Origin: Takakia lepidozioides
Lineage: Eukaryota; Plantae; Bryophyta
Direction of reading: 5' to 3'
DNA: 64,000 bases
Assembly (NCBI GenBank): GCA_030704615.1
Contig: CM060732.1
Coordinates: 19,902,001 to 19,966,000 of the forward strand
Below the pieces are notes generated by a model. It searched no databases. It had not been told where the DNA came from and saw only the letters and a program-made list of their open reading frames with translations. The translations under genes were made by a program, and so were the position numbers. The first letter of the stretch is position 1; each line of letters opens with the position of its first letter. Below are positions 11,930-23,799 of the stretch, piece after piece.

Positions 11930-12975
11930 AGCCTCGGACGGAAATTCGGCGCCGTTTTTCCATTCTGGGAGGTTTCTGCGACTTCCTTTGAGGGGGCCCC
12001 GATGGAAATTCGGCGCCAAATTTCCATCCGGGGGATGGTCTCTGTCGGAGAGGTGTCGGCCTCTCCGCCGCTCTGTTGGATATTCGGTGCCGAATTTCCG
12101 TCCGGGGGTTGAAATATGACGGCCAGGTGCCGGCCTCTCCCCCCTCCCCGACTGCATTGGAACGGCCCCGGATGGAAATTCGGCGCCGTTTTTCCATCTG
12201 GGGAGGTTTTTATGTCGGCCAGTTTTCGGCCTGACCCCCCGACACGACTTCCTTTGGGGGGGCCCGGATGGAAATTCGACGCCGAATCTCCATCCAGGGG
12301 ATGCTCTCTGTCGAACACGTGCCGGCCTCTACGCCCGAGGCGACTTCATCCGGGCGTCCCCTGTTGGATATTCGGTGCCGAATTTCCGTCCGGGGGTTGA
12401 AATGTGACGGCCAGGTGCCGGCCTCTCCCCCCTCCCCGACTGCATCCGAACCGCCCCGGATGGAAATTCAGCGCCGTTTTTCCATCTGGGGATGTTTTTA
12501 TTGCGGCCAGTTTTCGGCCTGATCCCCCGACACGACTTCCTTTGGGGGGGCCCGGATGGAAATTCGGCGCCGAATCTCCATCCAGGGGATATTCTCTGTC
12601 GCACACGCGCCGGCCTCTACGCCCGAGGCGACTTCATCCGGGCTTCCCCTGTTGTATATTCGGTGCCGAATTTCCGTCCGGGGGTTGTAATGTGAGGGCC
12701 AGATGGCGGCCTTTCCCCCGAGCCGACTGCATCCGAAAGGCCTCGGATGGAAATTCGGCGCCGTTTTCCATCCGCGGAGGTTTTTATGTCGGCCAGTTTT
12801 CGGCCCGACCCCCCGACAGGACTTCCTTTGGGGGGATCCGAATGGAAATTCGGCGCTGAATTTCCATCCGGGGGATGTTCTCTGTCGGACAGGTGCCGGC
12901 ATCTCTGCCCCAGACGACTTCATCCGTGCGGCCCCTGTTGGATATTGGGTGCCGAATTTCCATTCGGGGGTAGTA
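11930..12975. repeat. ~288-bp tandem array with three palindrome variants per unit
   Basis: TGTTGGATATTCGGTGCCGAATTTCC-like blocks at ~12075, 12362, 12650, 12936; multiple GGAAATTCGGCGCC copies. Confidence 0.9.
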
Positions 12976-13147
12976 ATGTGACGGCACGGTGCCGGCTTCT
13001 CCCCTTCAGCCGACATCATCCGGACGGCCCCCACTTTCTGACTGCATACCGTTGGCAGTTATTGCGCAAAGACCAGGGGCCGCATTCCGGAGACAAGGTT
13101 CATTAACACTCTGACTGTGGATTTTCGAGATAGTTGGCTCCCTGGAT

Positions 13148-16100
13148 TTGGATCAGGCTTCGTCGCTCGGACAAATCGGCACCGCATTCCTTCCCATCGC
13201 TGCATCCCCCTTCTACCAGGGAGCTTCCCCGCGCCATCCTGGCAGTCTTGTGTGCACATCTCCCATGGCGGAAAACCCGAGCGCTACAGTGTACTGCCCT
13301 CCTCACGAGCATAGAGCTTCATTTCCGTGCAGAGGGGACATCTGCCGAGTGATGGAGAAATATCTGTGCGTTCGATACCACCTGAAACCGGGGTCGGTTT
13401 TTTTGGAGGAGGAAAGGAAGGACTCAAACGGCCTTGTTGTCGAGAGTATTGTTGTGCTCCACGATGATTTTGGCGATGGCAGGGAATGGCGAGTTCCACC
13501 ATCGGACAGCGTCATATACAGGGCTGTTGGGGACTTCATTTGCCCGCCAAATGCACCTTCTATCCTGGCGCTTTCCACGAAACAATCCGCGAATCAGAGA
13601 GTGGCTACCTCAAAGAGAGAAGTCCGCAACGAAGTAAATCCAGAGCCGAACCCATCCATGAAGACGAGCGAGAACCGGGTTGTTCACAACCTGTCCGACT
13701 CAGACGAGGTCATGGAAGTTCCGAGGTCGTCCTGGAGATCAGGCAAGTCCTCAATGGACGTCAGTGGAGGAGGGAGTCATATTCCTAGCACGAGCACCGC
13801 AGTTCGATCTATTCTTGAAATTCTGCGAGGGCTTCACCTGGAGGGACACCGGTCGGAGTTGGCCGGGCTGGACTACATCAAGTTCGCAATTAAATCGGTT
13901 ACATGTCTTCCCGCCGACGTCGACGGTAATATCTTCTTTGAGTTCCCTCCTCGGGCGGACTACTCAAGGGCGTCCGGAATGTTGACAGATATGGATAGAA
14001 AACATGACGGTCATCCTTGGTGCGTTACCAAAACCACCAGCATGAAGATGCTCAATGGTGTGCGGGTGCGCTACGTTGTTTGTGCGGCCGCGTTGCGGTG
14101 TTTCTCCCCAACTTGCTTCCACTTTAAATCCAGAGGTCACAGGAACGAGACCGATTGGACAGGCACAGCTCATCAACCATTTCGAGCTCAGGAGAAGGTT
14201 CCGAACTCCACATTTAAGTGTGCGCATTGCAAAGAACCACCACATTGCATGTCTGTTTGTAATGCCAAGCAGTTCTATGTGTTGCACCGTTTCCCTGACC
14301 TCACCCGAACTTGCATACACGTTGGTTCCCATTGTCACAAATTGGTGAGGGGGAACTCGCGGGAGGCTGCCCACGAGGCAGAGCAGCTCGTTCAGGAGGA
14401 GGTTAAGTTGAGACCGGGTGCCAAACCCAAACAGATACAGCTCCAAGCCGCCCATAAGATGGCATTGGCCAGAATTATGTCGGAAGACGGCTCCGATAGA
14501 GTTCCTCTCGATGAGAAGGAAATGGAGGCATTGCTGGAGTCGGTGTCCCACGTATGTTCACCAAATGTCCGAAACCACATTGTCTCATACAAACAGAAAA
14601 TTGGGCGTGGCTCGGATATGCACTCCATTCTGGAGATGAAGCGACGATGTGGATATGACTACATTCATGGAAGTAGGTTTCCAGGACAAGGGACTGAGGC
14701 AGATCGTTGTTTCATATTCAAAATGTCCACGTGTGGACCTGGCAGCGGCGTCGAACTGGTCGACAGGATGACGAGTGGGGACTTGTCAAACAGTTGGGTC
14801 ATGTTCGACCATATCAAGCGAATTACAAATCACCAGTGGGTGACAATGGGTGCACATGTCTACGACACCCACTGCAGGATGCTAATGACAATTGCTATTT
14901 GTGAGATGAAAGGAGAGGACACACAATCGGAGATGCTTCTTTGGCAGGGAATAAACGAACAGATGGCCAAGGCGGGATTGCCCCCTCCCAATTTCCGTGG
15001 TTTCATGGCGGACAACGCACAAGCAAATTGGGCTGCCATCCGAAGGGTGTACGGGCAAGACCCCAATGTTCCCATGGAAGGCAAGGAGAGATCTTGTGGG
15101 TTCCATTTTCTGCAGAGCCTTTTGTAGTACACAACCAGGCTCGTGGCGCCAGATTTCAGAGAGGAGCACCGTTCCATGTGCCTTGCGTGGAAGCGCGCTC
15201 CCACCTTGGATGATGCAGAGACACAGTTTGCATGTATACGGGCTTGGTGGACATCGTCAGGTGCTGTAAGGAAATCAGACGAGGGAGCAATAGTCAGTTG
15301 GCTAGCATGGTGTCATTATCGTTTCCTCCAGTTCGGCGACTATATACGGGAGGTGAGTTGCACGAATTCGCGTCCCGTTGAATATTATTCTTGGCCATAT
15401 TTGTAACTTGCTTGTAACCTCAACATGTGCTTGTGCAGGAAATGTGTCTCGACTCCGACACCGACATGCCCACGACAAACATGGCCGAATCAGTGCACTC
15501 TTCCTGGCGTGCCTCCTCTGCGGCGCATCTGATGGACATCCTCACTGCCACAACGGAGGACATTGTGAGGTCAATTATGCAGCAATGCAGGTACAACGAG
15601 TTCTTGAAAGGGAAACAGTGGGGCTTGGGGCCGGACAGGCAGGAAATGCTGATGCGGACTGCCTCTAGATCGAAGAATCCTCGGAAGTGGGCGGCGGCCT
15701 TGCGAGAGGGCCTTCGGGACACGCCATTGCTTCGAAGAGGCCAACATTTGGAAGGAGATGTTCATACCCGTCCAATGAGACGAAGACTTGACGAGGCACC
15801 TGGCGGAGAAGAGGATTCATGGCGAGCTGACAAGAATATTCGCACGCTCCTCGTGGTCCCTCCCAGCAACATAACGAGCCATCTGTAGTAAAGCAGTACA
15901 ACATTCCCATTGTGGAGACAAAAGTGTCGGAGTCACAGTGGAGAATTGCGAGGACATTGTCGGCATTTCGAGGGAAGTGCTGCGCCATCCGGGTAGATAC
16001 GAGAGCACGCTGTGGTGAGATGATTCGGAGGAACCCACACGGTGCTGTACCTGCACCTTGTTTCAGCGGCAGATTTTTTACTCCCACATTTGTTCACGCC

Positions 16101-16772
16101 ACAACGCAGACATTTTGGTTCTGTAGGCACGACATAATGACCTGTGTATTGGGCAAGCCCAAGTACGGGATTCAGGGAATGCCGGAGCCTCCGAGCGTCT
16201 GGCCTGTTGCACCGGGTTGCAGCCTCTCTCAGAATGAGACGGATGCTCTATCTGCACTAGGATTTCGAATGGTGCAACGCACAGACATCCCGGCCCACGC
16301 ATTTCTGGTTCCTCAGACCCAGCCATTGCAGACTACTCGATCCAGTATAGACGGATTGGACAATTCTGCACATCCCACAATGCGATTCGGAAGAGTGAAG
16401 AGACGACACCCTCCCAACAAGTTGAATGAGACTCGGATTGCCAATGCTTTTGGGATGGCTTGCACTATTCAGAGCTCCGTGGACGTACCCCCACCCGGCC
16501 TTGGGCGTGTGTATCGGATGGCAACGGCCGGCTCGGCTGTACGCGACGATGTATACACAATTACGATTGGAGTGGAGCCGACTTGCAATTGTACGGACTT
16601 CTCGTTGATGGAAGCAAAGAAGGGTTCGAAGTATTATCCGTGCAAGCATCTGTATTACATTTACCTGAAGAGGTTGAGGATGAACGTGACTATTGATGAC
16701 TTTATTCATGCACCGGCGTTGAGCGTGAACGAGCTGCACAAACTCCTCCTTAGGGATTCCAGAAATCATTGA
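13148..16772 (+). pseudogene. Mutator-like transposase of element A (GCM-like, DDE, Cys4, SWIM)
   Basis: DGHPWC, WVMFDH, FMADNAQA, CGFH, NMAESVH, CNCTDF..CKHLY. Intron 15353-15438 sits at the same phase-0 site as in element 0. In-frame TAG at 15125 and a frameshift near 15835. Confidence 0.88.
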
Positions 16773-16929
16773 TGGGGCAAAGGGAATCCTCCATATGGAT
16801 ATTTTCAATTGCATTTTGCTGTATCAGACTTTTTTTTGCAGTGTAATGAAATGCACCCCAAAACTCCTGGAATGAGGCAATATTCCATTCAAACTGAGAT
16901 CCAACAAAAGCAGTTGTGGGGCCATTCCT

Positions 16930-17517
16930 GGAAAAATGGCGCCGAATTTCTCTTTTTGGGGCCGAAAACTGGCTAAGTCCCAACATGCACTGGTACCTAT
17001 GTCTGGGAAAATGGCGCCGAATTTCTCTTTTTTGGGCCGAAAACTGGCTAAGTCCCAACATGCACTGGTACAGTGTCTGGAAAAATGGCGCCGAATTTCC
17101 CTATTTTGCGCCGAAAACTGGCTAAGTCCGAACATGCACTGGAAACATGGCGCCGAATTACCTGTCATGAGGGGACCTATAGCCGCGGAATTCGGCACCA
17201 TTTTTCGCCAGAGAGACCTATTACCGCAAAATACGTCGCCGTTTTTTCAGGTTACGGACCCTATTACCGCGAAATTCGGCGCCATATTTGCACATGTCGC
17301 TGGGAATTGGCATGAGCGGAAGACGAAATATCATGAGCACAACTGTCAAAACTACAATTTTCCCTTCAAGGGGCCGAATAATATATTTGTTTTTCCTGAC
17401 ACATTGCATTAAATTCATGTTTTTTATTATTTTCGAAATTTGTACTTCTGCTCATGAAAACCGATTGTCTTACTACTCCGCTCATGCCGCTCATGCCGCT
17501 CATGCTCATGAAATAGC
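16930..17517. repeat. Subterminal repeats and right terminus of element A
   Basis: ~74-bp units with AAAATGGCGCCGAATTTC and GGCTAAGTCC; CCTATTACCGC motifs; (GCTCATG) repeats ending GCTCATGAAATAGC. Confidence 0.8.
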
Positions 17518-17521
17518 TAAC

Positions 17522-18612
17522 CTCCGGTGGCGCACTCATTTCAACTGGATGCTAGGCGATCGCTTGGGCATTAGGGAAAGAGGAAGGTGATGTTCACAGT
17601 TTAGGTCCGAGAGACAGTGGAGTGGTCACCCTGAACTGAGTGCGCCACCACACTCAATTTCTGAGCTCCATGGAATCATTGAGGTGCTATTGATTGAGGT
17701 GAACGGTATATAGAAAGTGCGTTTATTCCATAGTGAGATCTCTTATGAGTTCTAAGAATCACATTAAGTCTAACCTGGAAACTAAGTGCGTTGGCGTACA
17801 CAGTTCAAAGGTGTGATCGACAATGTTTTTGGATAGACGTGAAGACCCCAATGAACTCAAAACAGAAGTAGGCAGACAGAATGGATGGCTCCCAGAATTG
17901 AGTGCGCCACCGCACTCAGTTTCGGATCACCATAGAATGGTCAGTTTGCTTATGAGAGAGGTGAAACAAAAGTTAGAAAGTGTGTTTCATTCAAAGTGAG
18001 ATCTCTTTTGAGTTTTCAGATAGACAGAAACGATAACCTTGAAACTGAGTGCGGTGGCGCACTCAGTTCTGAGGTGAGGTCGACCATCTTCGTGGACAGA
18101 GGTATAGACCCTAGTGTGCTCGCAAGAGAAAGTAGGACAGAGTGGAGGGCTCCAAGAAATGAGTGCGCCACCGCACTCAGTTTGTTTTAGTTATGGGGCG
18201 AACATCAGAACACCCTGGAAACTGAGTGTGGTGGCGCACTTAGTTTTAACAGTGGACTCGTAGATATTTGAAGACAGTATGTAAGTCGAAGTTGATTTGG
18301 AATCCGGTTTTTAACTGAATATATATTTGTACAGTTTTGAGTGTGGTGGCGCACTCAGTTTCTGCCTCTAGAATGAAGCACACAATGTGGAAGAGGAAGT
18401 GACAAAGGGGCCATTGACTGAGTAGAGATGGAGTGCCTGCAATGAACATGATTTCATAGATGTCATGGAAGGTGTCCAAGAAATGAGTGCGCCACCGCAC
18501 TCAATTCCGGTTGATAGGAAAGGAGGGTTATGTGTTTAGTTTTGGAGAAGTGATGTTTGTCTGTTCCGATCCTTTGTCAGTCTCGAAAGTGAGTGCGCCA
18601 CCGCACTCAATT
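17522..18612. repeat. Dispersed array of the interrupted palindrome GAGTGCG-CCAC-CGCACTC
   Basis: Exact copies at 17900, 18047 (reverse), 18161, 18485, 18591. Variants at ~17526, 17638, 17783, 18224, 18339, and in introns at ~19143, 19284, 21903. Confidence 0.9.
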
Positions 18613-18619
18613 CTTGTAG

Positions 18620-21600
18620 GTGCCAGATCAGGAAAATGTAGCTGTGGAATGACGGAAAGGCTGTAATTGTGGGAGGTGCAGGGGAGGAAAAGAAAAGGAT
18701 TGCAGCCTGAGAAGCAGTAGCAACAGCAGCAGCAGGCAGTGATTGAGAAGCCTGTTGAAGAAGACGATCATTTCTACGAAGAAAGAGCGGCAAAGGTCCT
18801 CGTGTACCAGAAGGTCAATTCCGCGCAGGTGATCAAGTCTATGCAGGTACCTGGAGGCAAAATTATGATCCCTCTCTGCCGCCTAATATCAATGCCAATC
18901 GTTCGACCTGCCCTGACCGGGGATGTGTCCAAGTTGGAGCAAGATTTAAGTCACGGATACATAGAGGGGTCTCCAGTGTTTTACGTGTCCTTGTGCGATG
19001 CCAGTGGACAGGAAGTCTTGGTGGACGAGTCAATTATGAAAAGCTGGGATCCGCGGGTGTCGACTCAGGTTCTTGCCTGGAATGAGAACGTTCTTGATGT
19101 ACCTACACAATCAAAACAGAGGGAATAATAGAACCCCTTGACTGTGTGCGCCAGCGCACTCAATTTTTGGTCTGTCCACCCAGGCCCTACTTACAAGCCA
19201 TGGCAGGTGTGGTTCAGTACAGGATCGGATATTCGTATGTAGAATGAAAGCTTGGGAGACATAGAAGTGCCCACCCCTTTACTGAGTGCGTCAGCGCACA
19301 CAGTTTTGGGACTGTTTATTCAAAAGAGCAGGGCTGCAACGAAATCGAAACTTCGTGAGACAAGAAAGAAGGGTGGAAAAAAAGTGTCAAGACGAACCTG
19401 TATAGAACCCTCTTCATGGCCTGTTCTGATCCATGCTGCTGCTCGAAGTCGTTAGTGCGCGAGATGCCTCCCTCTTTGGCGAACTCCCTGAAGAAGCAAG
19501 TGCTGAAGCAAGCTACTTTCCACTGGCGGACGTAGTCTTCCAGAGTATCTGTCGGTGGAGTCATAGTTATCTTGTAATCGTTCAGCTGCTTCTCCAGCAT
19601 CAACTGTGCCCGAGCCTCTATCTGCGCAAGAACAGTTCTACAATTCAGAGAAAAGATGTTTAAGAAGAGTAAGTGACTTTTCCCGGTGCAATGCAGATTT
19701 GCAGTGGAAATGGAAAGGGGAGAGGAAAAAACCTGTGCCCAGTACGTGGCTTTGTGTAGCCACATATCGAGAACATGGTCACTGAATTGCTTTATGACTC
19801 CTGTTTCCTTGTTCTTCTCACTCTTCGGAAAGCAGTGGTTATCTTTCACTGTCGGGTCGGCGTTCCAAATCTCAAGCCATTTCACTTTCACCTCTGGCTC
19901 CACTACGGCAGTGGACAGGCGATGAAGCTTCTCTTGCATCATTTCGGGCTTGGTGTTCACGTTCCAGTGGATCCTGACCTGATTCAAGAACTCTGGGCCA
20001 AAAGGAAGGTCGGCTATTCTGAGTTGTTTCACGAACGCGCTCATGTAGTGCCTCTTCGCCACCTCCATCTCCTTGTTCATAGATTCTTTCACTCCTTTTG
20101 AGGATCGCTCCCCTGGGTCTTTTTGGCATAGTACTCTGCTTTCCCTTTCTCTCTAGCCTCCGCAATCTCTTGCTGAACATTCCAGTATACAACTTATTAG
20201 TCAACTGGTTTTATGAATGAACAAGTAGACAGAGCTAGGGAAGGAATACTTACAGCGTACATGTAGTCACAGAAAGCCTCCCTGGTGAGCTTGTACCATG
20301 TGTCGGCGGATTTGGAGGTCTCGCACTTCTTGTAAGCCTCAGCACTGATAAGGTTTTTGAAGGTGACCAGTGGTATTTGGCCCACCTTATGTATCCTGAA
20401 TAGAGTGTGGACCAAATTCGTCGTCACGTGTGCACTTTTGGTTCCCCTGTAGTCCCACACAAATACTATGACTTCCTCCTTCACCAGGAAATACAAAACA
20501 GACAGAACAAATCGGAGAATTCTGATGGCATGAAGGGTGAGCATTATACTTACTTGTTGATGTCATGCATAGCCGTCAGAAGTGCTGTGACGTTTCCTTT
20601 CGTATCCAGCACCATGGACGCCACAAGGTAGTGCCAGTCCTCGTTTGTGTTGTGATATTTGTTTATGACGTTCATCCAGGCCATGAAGCGGTGATTGCCA
20701 TCCCAAATATGAAACATTTTCCTGGAGAACACCTGTGTGGACAGTCTCCTCGAAATCTGGGCTTCGAACTCCTCGTTTACTTCTCGCCATATTGCTTTAT
20801 TGACCTATGGTGTGATCCATCCAATGCTCAGACAATGTACACTGCAGGGATTTTGAAGGATTACAGGACCTTGCATCTTCGAGACTGCTGCTGGTATATG
20901 GATATCCGGTCTGGATGCCCTTGGTCTGATCTTGTGACCCGAAATCAAAACGACAATGCAGAGGCCTTGGCCCCTCTGATGGAGAAGGAGCTGCACGAGA
21001 GAAACTTGAGGATATTGACTGAGAAAGAGCCTCTTACACAGAATACGCCAGTCAAGCCTAGAAAGGACAAGGGGAAAGGGAAGGTAAAGGGGCAGAAAAA
21101 CACTCCGAATGAGAAGGAGTCCGTGGTGCAACCGGGGCCAGTGCAGACCCCACCCCCAGCCAGAAAGCCTGACCGAAAGAAGAAGGGTATAAAAGAGCCC
21201 TACGATGCAATGGAGCACCCATCTAGAATCATTTTTCCGGGCATGTGCGAGCTGGTAAATGACGGGTTCCTGGCCATGATGGAGACAAGGAAGTCAAGTT
21301 ACAGTGGTGATCCTTCCAAAACGTGGGACAAGCTATGTGCTTTTCTCCAATCGGTAAGCAATTATCATGCATGTGTTTGAGTTTTGTTTTCTTTGTTTTA
21401 TTTTTACTCGGATCAGAAATGTCGCTTGTAAAACATCTTCCCCTTCTTACACGCCATATTGCTTGCAGGCATGGAGGGGGAAGGAATCTTGGGTGAATGG
21501 TGCACAGAAACCGTTTGCTTCGGAGATGGTTATTGTGGACATTCCGGACGGGCATCCAGTCCCGGATATTTTGCCCAGTGACACCTGCCCAACATGGAAC

Positions 21601-22949
21601 AAATTTGACGAGAGGTATTGGAGTTGGGTGTTTTCCTTTTGCAAGTTTTTCCTTTCCGATGCAGGGGTTCTTGTTATCATACAATCTGTCACGATGAGAT
21701 GTCGCCGGGAGCTGGCAAGCTACTTGAAACCCTCGGGGATGCGGATTATCAAGACCTGGAACTGTGTCAACAGCCTATATCTGACGAAGGGGGATTTCCC
21801 AGGGCAGAAGGTACGTTTCAAATACTTTATTTTTATGCCCTCTCTGTAGAAGTTCCACTGTACTGACTGTTATGAAGTCATGTTGTTTGCACTGCCTGAA
21901 TTGAGTGCTTCAGCGCACTCAGTTATGGCGGTGCATGAGCAATGACTCTGAACCCGTTCCATCCGGAATGGGTCTGCACTCCCACCCAGATGTGCTATGA
22001 ACATTCCTCACTAATTATTGACCTCTTCATCGCAGACCCGTCTATTTGAGGCCATCTGTCTCGTAAGGGTACATCCACTGTCGACTCCCACCACAGTGGT
22101 GGAGTTTGAGCTTCATGGGGGATGATGTTTCATAAACAAGAGGTTCGATCCTGTCGTCGATGACATGCACTACAACTATGTGGACTCCAACGTATGTTTG
22201 CAACAGCCAAATGGAACGCCTTGGAGAGGGGCCCGTGAAAAAAGCCCGGCTTTTATCCAAACGATCATTGAGAGTAGTTCTCGGCCAGGGGCCCGCATCA
22301 TAGATCTCACTCTCGGCACAGGTTTCTCTTCTTGCCTTTGTCATCGATTTCTTTTCTTCTGCACCTTCTTTACTCAATATTCTAAAACTCTAATTCCATC
22401 ATTCTGTCTCTTGCAGACGCTTCTTACCATGCTTGCAAGGCAGGTGGCAGGCACTTGTTTGGTATGGAAGGAGATGCAGATATTTTCACTGGCCTACTCG
22501 CCGAGTTGCAAGGGGGCTTGTCTACCTCCAATGTGAAGGATATCACTGTGTAAATTGATATCCTCGACGGAGACGACAAAGACCTGGACAATGACTTTTC
22601 ATGTGAGTAAGTTCATTTTCTGTCTATTTGATCCCTGTGTACATATTCTCTATCGCGTCCCCTTCTGTTGTCTGATTATTACCCAAATGGTGCATTTCTA
22701 AATTGCAGGAATGTCAACGCACTCCCGTGGCCCCTGTCTTCCATATACTTGGAGCCCACCTCCTAATTATGTCATTCCCAACTACGCGGAAGGCATTGCT
22801 CGTGTGCAAGCAGCTGTGCTTTCTCCCCTACCCTTGCGTTGGACTTCCAGGAAGACAGGCACCTCCGCGCAAAGGTCTTCATAGATGATAGTGCCGCAGT
22901 TTCAGGTGGTAGCAGTAGCAGTGTTGACACCACCTACGGATGTACTTGA
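18620..22949 (+). pseudogene. Cargo gene B: ParB/Srx domain - helical region - beta-class DNA methyltransferase; segment ~19052-20794 is inverted
   Basis: + strand IPLCRLISMPIVRPA..KSWDP; - strand IWREVNEEFE..WDGNHRFMAW..AMHDIN..VLYR; + strand ELHER..IVDIPDG..TWNKFDERYW..EKSPAFIQTII..IIDLTLGTG|ASYHACK..RHLFGMEGD. TGA at ~22123. Confidence 0.8.
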
Positions 22950-23799
22950 GGCCATTCATTTATGGAACATGAGGGGACACACTCTCCGTTTTCCGTTGCA
23001 CCACCATTTCTCTTCCCACCATCCATTGTAATGAGCACGGACTACAATGAAATTCACATCCCTGAATTGAAACATTCTCTCCCCCGCGTCCTGCGAATTT
23101 GAAAGTGTTTTCCTTCTAAACATTGCTCTCCAATTCAACCGTGTGCATTCAATCAAAGTTTTTGAACAGAGATGAATATGTGCATAGTCCAGTAGACAGT
23201 CACTCGACATATGCCATCACACCAATATTTGGTTGGATGGATGGAGGATGAATGTTTTTGGATGGATGAAGTCAGATTGGATGTGCACTGTGGATGAATG
23301 TTGCATGCATGGATGGTCCCATGGATGATGTCAGTGCGCAGTATCATGCACAGGGGCGGGATGGCGAGGTTCATTGTCGGGGTTGAGGTGGGTCCCTAAG
23401 GCAGACAAGGGTTGGGGTTTCTATTTGGGGTTGCAGGGTAAATATGGATGAAGACGTGTTTCTGCAGTAATGGGTCCTCTTTGATAACGGCTATGCTAGG
23501 AACATACCAGGTACTGATGGACGTACACTACCTGGGCCACAGGCAGAGACGGCTAAGTACGCGGTACTTAGCCAATGGCGGGACAAGGGTACATTACCAC
23601 GAGAGCAATAGTGAGTAGTGTAGTAACCGTGAGCCGTGAACCACGATATTACACGGCCACGTTAGCATCGGCTTTAACCAATAGAGAGAGTAGTGGACCG
23701 TTTACCACTATGGCTCACGACCACTGCAACGAGTCACTTTTTAGCAAACCTTTTAGGTTGCGTAGGCAGTTAGGCAAACGGTCATTAACGACCGCAGAC

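Larger units (their letters stand above)
5428..17517. mobile_element. MULE-like transposon, element A: ParB-MTase cargo gene (-), palindrome arrays, transposase (+); left end displaced by insertion of element 0
   Basis: The GGAAATYCGGCGCC motif is shared by arrays at 7.1-7.75, 11.1-13.0 and 16.9-17.3 kb. Right terminus GCTCATGAAATAGC at 17504-17517. Confidence 0.75.
17518..23727 (+). mobile_element. MULE-like element B (cargo-gene half)
   Basis: Has its own palindrome family and a ParB-MTase gene. Putative terminus GCTCACGACCACTGC at 23713-23727. Confidence 0.6.

Noticed and set aside
11013-13106. Many ORFs containing MEIRRRISI / WKFGAEFP
   Set aside because: These are translations of palindromic tandem repeats on both strands, with no evidence of coding.
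7130-18612. Palindromic repeat arrays as CRISPR arrays
   Set aside because: Intervening sequences are themselves repeated or irregular in length, no cas genes are present, and the context is eukaryotic.
20565-21380. 271-aa ORF as a single protein
   Set aside because: It is a chimera spanning the inversion breakpoint and introns; only ~20962-21353 is a real exon.
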